Below, one piece after another: positions 39,706 to 49,291 of a stretch of 64,000 nucleotides of DNA. The position numbers were made by a program, and so were the translations under genes. The DNA is taken from positions 15,081 to 79,080 of the forward strand of contig CBEVQY010000007.1 in assembly GCA_965552135.1 (NCBI GenBank). The letters are read 5' to 3'. This DNA comes from an uncultured bacterium (GTDB lineage Bacteria; UBP14; UBA6098; B30-G16). The first letter of the stretch is position 1. Each line of letters starts with the position of its first letter. The notes under the pieces are model-generated. The model had not been told where the DNA came from. It saw nothing but the letters and a program-made list of their open reading frames with translations, and did no database searches.

Positions 39706-39861
39706 GCGTTTTTCCTCAGGCGATGCGCCCAAGCGTTTGTTTTCCGCCGCCCGCGGGATGTCGCGGCGCTATTTGCGCCTTATGAGGCGAATTTCGTAGC
39801 AGAAAATTTGATTCTCGCAGCTTGTTCGATATAAATCGAGGCGGAAGGAGGAAGGTGCTTG

Positions 39862-40215
39862 ATGGAGAAGAAGATGAGAAAACCCTTTGAGCCTTACAGT
39901 CCCGATGAGCGTCGTCGCGCCTTGGATGAGCTATTATCGAGCGCTAAGGGCGGCAAGCCCGCCTTCTGCTCCGTGGCTCGCAGGACTGGGATATCGGTCT
40001 CCACGCTTAAGCGTTGGTGGATAAACCATCAGCTTGAGCGGCAGAGGGAGCTTAGGGCTCAGTTCGAGGGTGCGATAGCAGCTATCCTCCACAGGATGCA
40101 AAAGCTCGCGCAGCAGACGAACAACCTCAAGGAGCTTGCGCCCGTGGTGAAGATGCTCTCCGAGCTTTTGCAGAGGTTCGAGGGCGAGTCGGAGGGCGAG
40201 GAAATATGGGGTTAG
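39862..40215 (+). CDS. HTH protein, probable terminase small subunit
   Basis: VARRTGISVSTLKRW HTH plus helical C-terminus; lies upstream of TerL; strong SD. Confidence 0.6.
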   Translation: MEKKMRKPFEPYSPDERRRALDELLSSAKGGKPAFCSVARRTGISVSTLKRWWINHQLERQRELRAQFEGAIAAILHRMQKLAQQTNNLKELAPVVKMLSELLQRFEGESEGEEIWG

Positions 40216-40370
40216 CCGTCTTCGTCCTCCTTTTCGCCCTCGTCCCTTTCGCTTTCCTCCTGCGGCGCAACCCTTAGGATACCGCGCTGCATGCGCTCGA
40301 AAAGCTCCTTGAGCCTGTAGCCCCTGTTGCGCGGAAGCCTCCTTCTGTGTAGCGGATCGAACCCAGGCAT
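40212..40370 (-). CDS. Small antisense ORF (52 aa), basic N-terminus and acidic tail
   Basis: Manual translation MPGFDPLHRRRLPRNRGYRLKELFERMQRGILRVAPQEESERDEGEKEDEDG; fills the TerS-TerL gap; below ORF-track cutoff. Confidence 0.4.
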   Translation of the reverse strand: MPGFDPLHRRRLPRNRGYRLKELFERMQRGILRVAPQEESERDEGEKEDEDG

Positions 40371-40398
40371 CACAAAACAATAACGGTTTTATTGCGCT

Positions 40399-41637
40399 AT
40401 GTCAATAGTTCTTTCGCCCAAACAGAGGGAGTTTGTTTTTCTTCGCAGCCGCTACAGCGCCTTCATAGGCGGCGTTCGCAGCGGCAAGAGCTTTGCGGGC
40501 ACCGTGAGGGGTATAATCCTCGCCCGCAGGAGGCGGAGCGTTGGCGCTGTTGTGGCGCCAACGTACACAATGCTGCGCGACGTGCTTTTGCCGCTGTGGC
40601 AAAGGCTTCTGCCCGCAAGGTTTGTCAGGAAGTTCTCGCATTCGCAGATGAAGCTTTGGCTTACAAACGGCTCGGTGGTCCTCTTCAGGTCGGCTGAGAA
40701 CCCAGAGAGGCTCTACGGTCTCACGCTCGACTGGTTCCACATCGACGAGGCTGCCACGCTTCCGCGGCGCGTGTGGGATGTGATGTTCTCGCGCACCGTA
40801 TCGACCAAGGGTTTTGGCTTCATAACGACGACGCCCAACGGTCACAACTGGGTTTACGAGCTTGTAACGAGCGGCGAGGTTGCCGCTGTTTTCGCGAAGA
40901 CGCTCGACAATCCGCTCGTCGATCCTGCTGAGGTCGAGCGCGCCCGCAGAATGCTTTGCCCAAAGTTTTTCAGACAGCAGTACGAAGCATCGTTCGAAGC
41001 CTACCTCGGGCAGGTCTACGACGACTTCGGGGAGCGGAACATCGCTCCTTATACCCCCACATCCGACCTGCCCACATATATCTGCGCCGACTTCGGGTGG
41101 CGCCACCCAACGGCACTCCTGTGGGCGCAGGTGGACGAGCGCGGGAACATATACTTCTTCGACGAGGTCGTGGAGCCCTTCCTTTCGCCCGAGCTTATAG
41201 CGCGACTGCTTTGGGGCGATGCGGTTAGACTGCCATCGGGGAAGGTTTTCAGGGCTAAGGTCCCGTGGTCGGAGGTCGCGGAGCTTGTGACGGGAGTCGA
41301 GGCGCTCCAGTCGCGGCAGGAGTCGAGCGGAATGGCGATAGTCGATATCCTGCGCGGGCTCGGGATAGATCGAATAAGGGTTGTGGGCGGAAGCGTTCTG
41401 CGCGGGATATTCGCCGTAAGGGGGAGGGTGCTCGATGCCGCGGGCGAACCGCATCTGTTCGTCGACCCGCGCTGCGAAAGGCTCATTCGCGACTTCCGCG
41501 GATACCACTACCCCGAAGGCGCAGAGGGCGCAGCCTCAGAACTCCCGCTCAAAGACGGCGTCCACGACCACACAATGGACGCAGTCAGGTACCTTGTGAC
41601 CGCGCTCGAAAACGCCACGCCCAAATGGCTTATTTAG
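40399..41637 (+). CDS. Phage terminase large subunit
   Basis: Walker A GGVRSGKS, Walker B FHIDEA, TTTP coupling motif, nuclease ADFG and DHTMDAVRY. Confidence 0.93.
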   Translation: MSIVLSPKQREFVFLRSRYSAFIGGVRSGKSFAGTVRGIILARRRRSVGAVVAPTYTMLRDVLLPLWQRLLPARFVRKFSHSQMKLWLTNGSVVLFRSAENPERLYGLTLDWFHIDEAATLPRRVWDVMFSRTVSTKGFGFITTTPNGHNWVYELVTSGEVAAVFAKTLDNPLVDPAEVERARRMLCPKFFRQQYEASFEAYLGQVYDDFGERNIAPYTPTSDLPTYICADFGWRHPTALLWAQVDERGNIYFFDEVVEPFLSPELIARLLWGDAVRLPSGKVFRAKVPWSEVAELVTGVEALQSRQESSGMAIVDILRGLGIDRIRVVGGSVLRGIFAVRGRVLDAAGEPHLFVDPRCERLIRDFRGYHYPEGAEGAASELPLKDGVHDHTMDAVRYLVTALENATPKWLI

Positions 41638-41652
41638 CAAAAGGAGGGTGAT

Positions 41653-43062
41653 ATGACCCCTGTTGAGCAGGCGATAAGGGAGCTTTTTCTTGCGTCTCGG
41701 CGCGCGGCAGCCGAAGGATATAAAAGGGATATCGAAAAGCGCCTCGATTACTATAACGACAGACAGCTCCCCTACCTTCTGGAGCTTATTTCGCAGCAGT
41801 TCGTCCACGCCGACCCGCTTTCGGTTCAACCACACTTTTTCAATATAGTCAAGCCGATAATAAACGAGATATCGATGGTTTATCGTTCGGGAGCCCGCAG
41901 GACGCTTGTTCGCGATGGCGGCGGCGACGTAGACGAGGCGGTTGTGGCGGTGTGGGAGTTCATACAGCGCACATCAAGCTACGACATGATTATGAAAACC
42001 GTCAACCGGATGGTCAACCTGTGCAAGACCGTCCTCGTCAAGCCTTCGTTCCGCGCGGGAGGGATAAAGCTCGATATACTTACGCCAAATCTCGTCGACG
42101 TCGTTGTAGATGAGGACGACCCCACAGAAGCCGTCGGGATCGCATATATTCGCCCCCTCCAAAACGGCATCTCGGGACCGCGCGTTGTGTATCACTACTG
42201 GGACAGTGAAAGGTACCTGCGGATATCTCCCACCGGCGAAATCCTTGACAATCCCGGCAATCCTGAGGGGATAAACCCTTATGGGGTTCTTCCGTTCGTT
42301 CGCTTCTGCAGCCAGGTTCCGCTCGACGACTTCTTCGTCAAGGGCGGGGACGACCTCATAGTCGCTCAGGACAACATAAATATAAAACTTACGCAGCTCA
42401 ACTATATAGTCAAGATGCAGAGTTTCTCCGTTCCCGTTTTGGTCGGCTACACGGGCAGCGAGAGGATAGTCGTTTCGCCCGGCAAGCCTGTGGTTGTTCC
42501 GCTCGGAAGCGTTGGGATGCAGGGTGCCCCCGACTTCCGCTTCGAGACGCCGCATCCGCAGATAGCAGAGCTTATAAAGCTCCTCGAGCACGAGATAATC
42601 CGAATCTTCCGCGCATACGGCATAGGCAGCGCCGACTTCTCCCTCCAGGGCGAGGTCAAGTCCGGGTTTGCCTTGGTTATGGAGAACCTCAAGCTTTTGG
42701 AGTCGCGGGAAAACGAGCTCCCCTTCTACGAGGACGCGGAGGAGAAGCTCTTTGAGGTGATAAAGCGCGTTTGGAACTACCACTGCCGCTTCCTGCCGCC
42801 GGGGCATCCGCACAGGGGGGTCATAATCCCCGAGGACGTCCACCTTCAGGTCTCGGTGAACGACATATCGCTGCCCAAGCCAACAGCCGAGGAGGTCGCC
42901 GAGTGGAGGTTTATGTTCGAGCACAAGCTCGCAACACCCATCGACTTCCTGATGAGGAGGTATAAGCTCTCCGAGCAGGAGGCGCAGAGCCGCTGGGAGC
43001 GCGTGAGGAGGTGGTGGAGCGAGTTTGCAGGCGAAGGAGAACAAGAAGGAGGTGAGATATGA
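41653..43062 (+). CDS. Phage portal protein (SPP1 gp6-like)
   Basis: Position after TerL, 469 aa, NPYGVLPFV motif, SG.AL...LLE helix, AAGGAGG SD. Confidence 0.8.
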   Translation: MTPVEQAIRELFLASRRAAAEGYKRDIEKRLDYYNDRQLPYLLELISQQFVHADPLSVQPHFFNIVKPIINEISMVYRSGARRTLVRDGGGDVDEAVVAVWEFIQRTSSYDMIMKTVNRMVNLCKTVLVKPSFRAGGIKLDILTPNLVDVVVDEDDPTEAVGIAYIRPLQNGISGPRVVYHYWDSERYLRISPTGEILDNPGNPEGINPYGVLPFVRFCSQVPLDDFFVKGGDDLIVAQDNINIKLTQLNYIVKMQSFSVPVLVGYTGSERIVVSPGKPVVVPLGSVGMQGAPDFRFETPHPQIAELIKLLEHEIIRIFRAYGIGSADFSLQGEVKSGFALVMENLKLLESRENELPFYEDAEEKLFEVIKRVWNYHCRFLPPGHPHRGVIIPEDVHLQVSVNDISLPKPTAEEVAEWRFMFEHKLATPIDFLMRRYKLSEQEAQSRWERVRRWWSEFAGEGEQEGGEI

Positions 43063-43457
43063 CAGACCCTAAGGTCGACGCCTCAGGCGAGCCTTCGGGG
43101 GGCGCCCCCGGGGGTGAGGTAAGCGTCGATGAGCTTTTGCGGCGCCTTGAGGAGGCGCAGAGGCTCCTTATATCCGAGCGCAATAGGCGCGCGTTCGAGC
43201 GCGCGGCGGCGAAGGCGGGAATTCGAAGCGACAGGGTCGACGCGGCGGCAAAGCTCGCCCAGATCGACTCCATCGCCGAGGAGCTCGATCAGAACAGGGC
43301 TTTTGAGCTTGCCAGGCGCATCGCAGCCGAGTACCCCGAGTTCGTCGAGGGCGCATCGCCACTCTCTACCGACCAAGGTGCGCCATCGGGGGCGAAGAGC
43401 CGCGCCAAGGCGGCAGGCGATGCGCTCGAAATGCTCAAGCTGCTGAGAAGAGGCTAA
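43059..43457 (+). CDS. Putative capsid scaffolding protein
   Basis: Between portal and capsid; coiled N-terminus, AAAKAG...D...AAKL...YPEF pattern typical of scaffolds. Confidence 0.65.
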   Translation: MTDPKVDASGEPSGGAPGGEVSVDELLRRLEEAQRLLISERNRRAFERAAAKAGIRSDRVDAAAKLAQIDSIAEELDQNRAFELARRIAAEYPEFVEGASPLSTDQGAPSGAKSRAKAAGDALEMLKLLRRG

Positions 43458-43472
43458 AACAAAGGAGGTGCC

Positions 43473-44597
43473 ATGTTAACGACGTATTCGTTTCAGAACC
43501 TCAGGAGGGATCTTTCGGAGGTTTTCGCCACCATCGTTGCGAGCTCGCCGACGTTCATAAGCAGGATTCCGATAGTCGGCGCCGCACGCCACTACAAGCA
43601 CGAGTGGGTCGAGGACGTTGTGCAGCCGACCACCGACTCCCTAAACGGCGCGATCGACAACACACAAACCACCATAACGGTCTCCGACGGAACGAAGTTT
43701 AAGGCTGGGATGATCCTGGGCTTCGAGGGCTACGACGAGCAGATGAAGGTGGTCTTAGTTTCGGGCAACGACCTTACGGTTGAGCGAGGCTACGGCGAGA
43801 CGACGCCCGAGGCGATGGCGGACGGCACGACGGTGAGGATCCTCTACATCCCAGCCGCGGAGGGCAGCGAGGCCGGCGACGACGCGTGGCAGGAGCCAGG
43901 GATAGAGTACAACTACACCCAGATATTCACCCGAACGGTGCGCGTTTCGAACACCGCCCGAAGCTCGCAGCACTTAATCTTCGAGGACCTCATCGACAGG
44001 GGCGTCAGGGACGCGCTTCTGCAGATACAGATGGAGCTCAACTACGCCGCCATCTTCGGCAGGCGCTACGCCGACCCGTCCGATCCGTCGGTCCCAAGGA
44101 CGATGGGCGGGGTGATGTACTTCGTCGACGTTGCCGGCGGGAACGTCCACGACGCCGGCGGAAGCGAGCTTACCCCAACGATGATGAACGACCTGCTGGA
44201 GCAGATCGCCAAGCGCGGCGGGCAGCCGAACATGATCCTCTGCGGGACGAAGCAAGCAAGGAAGATATCGTCGTTCAACCTCACCTCGGGCTCGGCGCCC
44301 ATCGTCCGCACGAGGGTGACCGACACAAGGACCGGCGCAGCGGTCTACGAGTTCGTCGGTGACCTGCCCCTTGGGATAATCGAGACGATCGTCGTCGACT
44401 TCAACTTCCCCGACGACAAGCTCATGTTCCTCGACACGCGCAGACTCGCCCTCGTTCCGATGGAGAACCGCGCCCTCTCCGACTTCGACGCAACGCCCAC
44501 CGGCGCCGACTTCACCGCAAGGAGGGTGCTTGGCGAATACACCCTCGAGGTCAGAAACGCCAAGCAGGCGCACGGGATAATCAAGAACTTGGCGTAA
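43473..44597 (+). CDS. Major capsid protein, SU10/DUF5309-like, with inserted beta domain
   Basis: RDLSE...PTF.S...A....HEWVED, NYTQIF, RTMGG, LGEYTLEVRN..AHG. Confidence 0.85.
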   Translation: MLTTYSFQNLRRDLSEVFATIVASSPTFISRIPIVGAARHYKHEWVEDVVQPTTDSLNGAIDNTQTTITVSDGTKFKAGMILGFEGYDEQMKVVLVSGNDLTVERGYGETTPEAMADGTTVRILYIPAAEGSEAGDDAWQEPGIEYNYTQIFTRTVRVSNTARSSQHLIFEDLIDRGVRDALLQIQMELNYAAIFGRRYADPSDPSVPRTMGGVMYFVDVAGGNVHDAGGSELTPTMMNDLLEQIAKRGGQPNMILCGTKQARKISSFNLTSGSAPIVRTRVTDTRTGAAVYEFVGDLPLGIIETIVVDFNFPDDKLMFLDTRRLALVPMENRALSDFDATPTGADFTARRVLGEYTLEVRNAKQAHGIIKNLA

Positions 44598-44606
44598 GGC
44601 GGTTTC

Positions 44607-44631
44607 GGGCGGGGTCGAAAAGACCCCGCCC
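44607..44631 (+). terminator. Strong hairpin after capsid gene (terminator or mRNA-stabilising)
   Basis: GGGCGGGGTC-GAAAA-GACCCCGCCC perfect 10 bp stem; no U-tract on the + strand. Confidence 0.6.
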
Positions 44632-44652
44632 CGGGCAAAAGGAGGTCAGCCT

Positions 44653-45018
44653 ATGTCTTGGGACGACGCCCTGCTCTTCACAACCGCAGACCTGCTGGCG
44701 AGGGAGGGAAAGCTCCTTGAGAACGTCGAGTTCCCAAACAGGCACGCGGTCGTCAAGGAGATCGTCGGAGAAAGGATTAAGGCGCGCTTCCCACACATCG
44801 ACGACCCGCTCTCGGAGATAGTTGATCCTTCGGTCTTCTCCGAGGCGGCTTTGTGCCTGAACCTCGCCATCGTCCTGCGCGAAAACTCCACCCGAAAGGA
44901 CGACCTCTTCTCGGTGAGGGCGGAGTTCTACCAGCGCAGGTTCGAGCAGGAGCTCGAGAGAGCCTTCAGCAAGGTCAGGTTCAGCACCGAAGAGACGGGC
45001 ATAGAGATCGTGAGGTGA
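44653..45018 (+). CDS. Putative head-completion/adaptor protein
   Basis: Position after capsid; helical 121 aa; AAGGAGG SD. Confidence 0.55.
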   Translation: MSWDDALLFTTADLLAREGKLLENVEFPNRHAVVKEIVGERIKARFPHIDDPLSEIVDPSVFSEAALCLNLAIVLRENSTRKDDLFSVRAEFYQRRFEQELERAFSKVRFSTEETGIEIVR

Positions 45019-45021
45019 GAT

Positions 45022-45408
45022 ATGGGAGTTTTGTGGGACGTTGTGGATGAGGTTCGTCGCAGGCTTTTGGACGATGTGGGGGTTTTGCGGGTCGTCGTTG
45101 GCGACGTCGACGTTCCGGCGTCTGCCCTGCCCGCGGGGAGGGTTGTGCTCGCCGCCTTCGTCGTCGACGGGGCAGCCGCGCTCCCCACGAGGATCGAGGC
45201 GACACTCGTCGTCGAGCTTGTCCTCCCAAGCGGTACTGGCGCCGAAGACCTGGCGAACACCGCAGAAAAGCTCGTTGAGGCGCTAAGGAGAGGAGGTTAT
45301 CCCCACGGAACGCGGGTGATCCAGAGGGGCAGGGCGACCATAAAGGATGGGGTTTACCCCACCGTTTCGCTTTTGCTCGACATCGCGTGGGCGGAGAGAT
45401 ACGAGTGA
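45022..45408 (+). CDS. Putative neck/tail-terminator-like protein
   Basis: Position and size; function inferred from synteny only. Confidence 0.45.
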   Translation: MGVLWDVVDEVRRRLLDDVGVLRVVVGDVDVPASALPAGRVVLAAFVVDGAAALPTRIEATLVVELVLPSGTGAEDLANTAEKLVEALRRGGYPHGTRVIQRGRATIKDGVYPTVSLLLDIAWAERYE

Positions 45409-45419
45409 AAGGAGGCACA

Positions 45420-45866
45420 ATGGGCGTTTTGGACGCAGGCGAGCTCCTGTTCCCCGAGACGCAAGGGGGGAGGTTCGTTCTCTATTCCTGCGGCAGCAAG
45501 GTGGGTGAGGTGGCGCTGCCGGAAAAGGGCATAACGTACTTTCCGCCGGAGGTTGAGATCACGGGCTCGGGCGCGAGGCTTATCCTGCGCCTCAGACTCG
45601 ACTTCGCCGACGGCGAAGCCCTTGCGGCGATAAGGCGCGTCCTCCGCTTCTGGCAGGACGACCCCCACAGACACTCGCTGCGGCTGGTCCTGCCTGGTGA
45701 GAGGGGAAGGGGATACGAGGTCGTCCCCGACGGGAGGTGGCGCGCCTGGTTCTTCGACGACGAGCCCAAGGGATACGGTCCCGTTGAGCTTCAGTTCGCC
45801 TCAAGCGACGTTGTGGACGTCTCGGAGCCGGCGTTTTGTGAGGTCACCCCTTGGGTCGTTGAGTGA
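45420..45866 (+). CDS. Hypothetical structural protein
   Basis: AAGGAGG SD, in operon with head genes. Confidence 0.5.
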   Translation: MGVLDAGELLFPETQGGRFVLYSCGSKVGEVALPEKGITYFPPEVEITGSGARLILRLRLDFADGEALAAIRRVLRFWQDDPHRHSLRLVLPGERGRGYEVVPDGRWRAWFFDDEPKGYGPVELQFASSDVVDVSEPAFCEVTPWVVE

Positions 45867-46884
45867 CGTGGCGGAGCCTGCGCCTGACCTCGTCGGCGAG
45901 CCAGTGCCCCGGGTGCCACGAAAGCCACTGCTCGGTCATAAACGTCCACTCGTGCGGGTCCTCGCCTATGCGCTCAGCCAAACCGGCGCGCATGACAAGG
46001 TATAAAGGGTCCCACGACATCCACGGATCGAACCGGCGGAGCAGGCGCCGAAGGAGGGAGTCCTGACCCGTGGAGTGGATGAGGTTTGCCGCGCAGACAA
46101 GCTCCGGCGCAAGCCTGTTGGACAAGGTGTTTGTGTAGTGCTCGCGCTTTCGGAGGGGAGGGTTTTCGGCAACGTAGTTCCAGTTTTGGGCGCAGAGCAT
46201 CTCAAACGCGGTTTTCGCAAGCTCTGGCGGCGGGATTGGCTTCGGGCTGTATTTTGCGCACATCGCGGGCAGGCGGTAGAGGCTGTCTGCGGGGATTTCG
46301 CCCAGCGTGTCGCCGAGGACGAAGATGGGTCGGCACGTGGCGAGCCTACGGAGGAAGGAGGCGAAGTCGAGCTCCTGCAGCTCCTTTTTGCCGATTATGA
46401 ACCGAAGCGGCGTGCTTCGCCAGATGTGCCGCCTGTAGCCCTCGCAGCCCCAAAGCCTCTTTTCGACGGCGATGACGTCGCGCCTCACGCCGTCGACGGT
46501 CTGGAGGTAGCGGATGGGATAGGCTTCGACCTCGCCCGTGACCACAAGGACGGCGTCCTTCGGCATTGCGCGCAGAACGTTCGCCATATTCGACAAAAGC
46601 GCCTCGAGGGCATCCGGGTCGTCCACGCGCAGGTGCGGAGGCATCCTGCGGTATACATCCTCAAGCACAGCCCTTGCGGCGGAGCTCTTGCCCCTCTTGG
46701 AGAGCTTTGCGAGGAGCTCGAATGCGCGCCAGCCCGCAGGATCGCAGAGGTCCGACCTGCGCCCCGGCTCCCAAAGCGCCTTCGCCGAAGCCCTCGCCCT
46801 CAGGCTCAAAAGCGGCGTTGGCTGCAAAAGCCAAAGGACCAAAGCCAAAGCAGCCACCAAAAGCACTGCGATCGTCTTCTTCAT
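45844..46884 (-). CDS. Membrane-anchored hypothetical protein (host type)
   Basis: N-terminal TM/signal; segment NVLRAMPKDAVLV...YPIRYLQTVDGVRRDV resembles DUF2723-type C-terminal regions. Confidence 0.6.
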   Translation of the reverse strand: MKKTIAVLLVAALALVLWLLQPTPLLSLRARASAKALWEPGRRSDLCDPAGWRAFELLAKLSKRGKSSAARAVLEDVYRRMPPHLRVDDPDALEALLSNMANVLRAMPKDAVLVVTGEVEAYPIRYLQTVDGVRRDVIAVEKRLWGCEGYRRHIWRSTPLRFIIGKKELQELDFASFLRRLATCRPIFVLGDTLGEIPADSLYRLPAMCAKYSPKPIPPPELAKTAFEMLCAQNWNYVAENPPLRKREHYTNTLSNRLAPELVCAANLIHSTGQDSLLRRLLRRFDPWMSWDPLYLVMRAGLAERIGEDPHEWTFMTEQWLSWHPGHWLADEVRRRLRHVTQRPKG

Positions 46885-46987
46885 AGTCGGCTCCGGATGG
46901 GGTCAAAAGGCAAGATAGCTTGTTTGTCCTCGGTCGCAAGCTCGGTTTTGCTTGCGTCGACAAAGATGCAGCGGCATCGTTTTCCGT

Positions 46988-48166
46988 ATGACTCAGCTTG
47001 AGCGGAAAACCTTCTTTCTGCATTTGCTTTTCAGCCTCCTCAACGGGATGACCTTCGGCATTGTGTTTTCGCTTTACGAGGTTGTTGCGAAGCGCGCCCT
47101 TGGGGCGAGCGACCTCGAGATCACCGTTTTGGTTATGGGATTGCCGGTAGCGTGGCTTTTCTCGACCGCCATAGCGAGCCTCATGCAGCGCCACGAAAGC
47201 TACAGACCATTCCTTCTGGGAGCGGGCGCTACGAGAATCATCTCGATGACGCTTATGCTTTGGGTGAAAAACTCGGGGGAGTATCTGGCGCTTATGATAC
47301 TCTTTCTTTTGCCCATAAGCGTAATAAACCCCGTTCAGAACTTTATATTGGCGAGGAATTATCCTTCCGCCTCGCGGGGTCGTTGGTTTGGCTGGGCGAA
47401 CTCCGTTGCGAACGTCTCGGCGCTGCTCACATCCATCACCGTCGGCATGCTTCTGGATGCGAACGAGCAGCTCTTCAGGGAGGTCTATTTTATAATAGGT
47501 CTTGCCGGCGGACTGGCTTGTTTCGTCCTGGCTGCGATACCAACGCCCAGGCGCAAAACAACAGAGCCTTTGGAAAATCCCGTGAAGAAACTTATAGCCG
47601 TGCTGGCAAAAAACAAAGGATTCCGGATATTCGAAAGGAACTTTTTTATATATGGCTCGGCGTTTTTGATCCTTTCGCCGGTTATTCCTGTCTATCTCGT
47701 TGACGCGCTTAAGATGAGCTACACCGAGGTTTCCTTTGCCCGTGCAGTCATAGGGATGTTCGGCGTTGCTTTGTTTTCGCCGTTTGTGGGGAGATTTCAC
47801 GACAGATATAATCCGTTCAGGTTCGCCGCTGCAGTATTCGGGATGCTCGCCCTCTTCCCGCTTTTGCTGGCTTTAGGATGTATCTTTGGGCACGCCAGCG
47901 TTTATGCAGCTTATGTTTTATATTCCTTTGCGATGGCGGGGATAGCGATAGTTTGGAACCTTGGTTCCATCTATTTCGCGGAGCCTGATAGAGAGGCTTT
48001 ATATCAGTCGATCCACGTGACGCTTACGGGCGTTCGCGGCATTATAGCGCCCGTTTTAGGTTATGTGGCGATGCACTTCTTGGGTTATTGGTTCGCGTTT
48101 CTCGTCTCCTCGATGCTCTTCTTTGCGTCGTCATATCTCATGAGCAGGTCCGCCAGGACCGTTTAA
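46988..48166 (+). CDS. MFS transporter
   Basis: About 12 hydrophobic segments, NYP...RGRWFG, GRFHDRY, GVRGIIAPVLG. Confidence 0.88.
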   Translation: MTQLERKTFFLHLLFSLLNGMTFGIVFSLYEVVAKRALGASDLEITVLVMGLPVAWLFSTAIASLMQRHESYRPFLLGAGATRIISMTLMLWVKNSGEYLALMILFLLPISVINPVQNFILARNYPSASRGRWFGWANSVANVSALLTSITVGMLLDANEQLFREVYFIIGLAGGLACFVLAAIPTPRRKTTEPLENPVKKLIAVLAKNKGFRIFERNFFIYGSAFLILSPVIPVYLVDALKMSYTEVSFARAVIGMFGVALFSPFVGRFHDRYNPFRFAAAVFGMLALFPLLLALGCIFGHASVYAAYVLYSFAMAGIAIVWNLGSIYFAEPDREALYQSIHVTLTGVRGIIAPVLGYVAMHFLGYWFAFLVSSMLFFASSYLMSRSARTV

Positions 48167-48210
48167 TGCATCTTTTTATAAAAATTGTTTCAATCAAACA
48201 AGGAGGACGT

Positions 48211-49272
48211 ATGGCAGAGCGTCTTTTGTTGATAAGGTATGAGCCGGGTCGTTCCCTGCGCGCCGTTCCGGCCGGAGGGGATCCCTACACCGAGGGAACT
48301 AACCTGACCGATCACGGCGACGGGTTCTATTCCGCCATGCTACCCACGGGGGTGTACGATATATATTATAAAAACGAACCAGACGACTCGACCTGGCTTC
48401 CTCTGGAGCATTACCAGGGCAGGTTCCATCCGACGGACGACATAACCGATGAGCTTTTTTCGCTTTCCTCGAGTGTGACGACTTTGGAGGACCGGGTAAG
48501 CGCGCTTGAGGGGAGTGTTCCCGGTACGCCGCAAAACGTTAAGGTCGTTCGCACAGCGGGCGGTGTGCACATAAGCTGGGACCCCCAGAACGGAGGGACT
48601 ATATATATTGTTCGCGGAGTATATCACCATTCCGGCGAACAAGTAAACGTAGATGAGACAAGCAGGGTTCTCTACGCGGGCTACACGAGCGAGTGTTTGT
48701 TGTCCAACGAGCTTAGGTTTGCTGACCTCGAGAGCCGCCCGTACGGCGATGTGGAGCTCAGCTTCCGCATTTGGGCGTGCAGCGCGGCGGGAACATCGGA
48801 ACCATCGGATGTTTATAATATAAAGCTCGATTTGGCGGCTGAGCGCGCCGAGTTTTGCCGCAGCGCGGTCTGCGATTGTGGCAGTTGTTCCGCGCGATGC
48901 GAAGTAAGCTTTGTGACGACCAGCTTTCCCGGCGCCTTTCCCAAGACCACGGTGGATGAACAGGGACGTCCGGCGGGTGCACCCGCGCGAACCTTGTCGT
49001 TCAGCCGCGATGTGCGAATACTGCGCGTAGAGGCAGAAAGCCTGAAGGAGGCGCAGCAGGATTGCTGTATATATTTCTGCGACGCTTTCTCAGGTCAAGT
49101 ATATAAACTTGCTTTTGGCGCGGGAGAGAGGTTCGCCCGAAGCGAGGAAACGGCAGCTGGAAACCCGTCTATTTTTGTTATGAGATATCCCGATAGTAAA
49201 CTCCTTATATACAGCGACGACGCAGAGAGCCTGACGGACGTTGAAATAAGATTGGAACTCGCCGTTGTATAA
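48211..49272 (+). CDS. FN3-domain protein, possible virion/structural accessory
   Basis: AAGGAGG SD; LEDRVSALEG coil then PGTPQNVKV...ISWDP...FRIWA FN3 pattern. Confidence 0.6.
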   Translation: MAERLLLIRYEPGRSLRAVPAGGDPYTEGTNLTDHGDGFYSAMLPTGVYDIYYKNEPDDSTWLPLEHYQGRFHPTDDITDELFSLSSSVTTLEDRVSALEGSVPGTPQNVKVVRTAGGVHISWDPQNGGTIYIVRGVYHHSGEQVNVDETSRVLYAGYTSECLLSNELRFADLESRPYGDVELSFRIWACSAAGTSEPSDVYNIKLDLAAERAEFCRSAVCDCGSCSARCEVSFVTTSFPGAFPKTTVDEQGRPAGAPARTLSFSRDVRILRVEAESLKEAQQDCCIYFCDAFSGQVYKLAFGAGERFARSEETAAGNPSIFVMRYPDSKLLIYSDDAESLTDVEIRLELAVV

Positions 49273-49291
49273 CATTGACAGGAGGGAGAAG

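Noticed and set aside
39615..39735. Long imperfect inverted repeat suggesting 6S RNA
   Set aside because: The central part is a sigma70-like promoter and the pairing is weak; no 6S consensus recognised
39862..40215. HTH gene as an IS3-type transposase OrfA
   Set aside because: No OrfB/DDE domain or terminal inverted repeats; position favours a terminase small subunit
45022..45440. Two adjacent genes both starting MGVL
   Set aside because: Similarity does not extend beyond a few codons; probably chance
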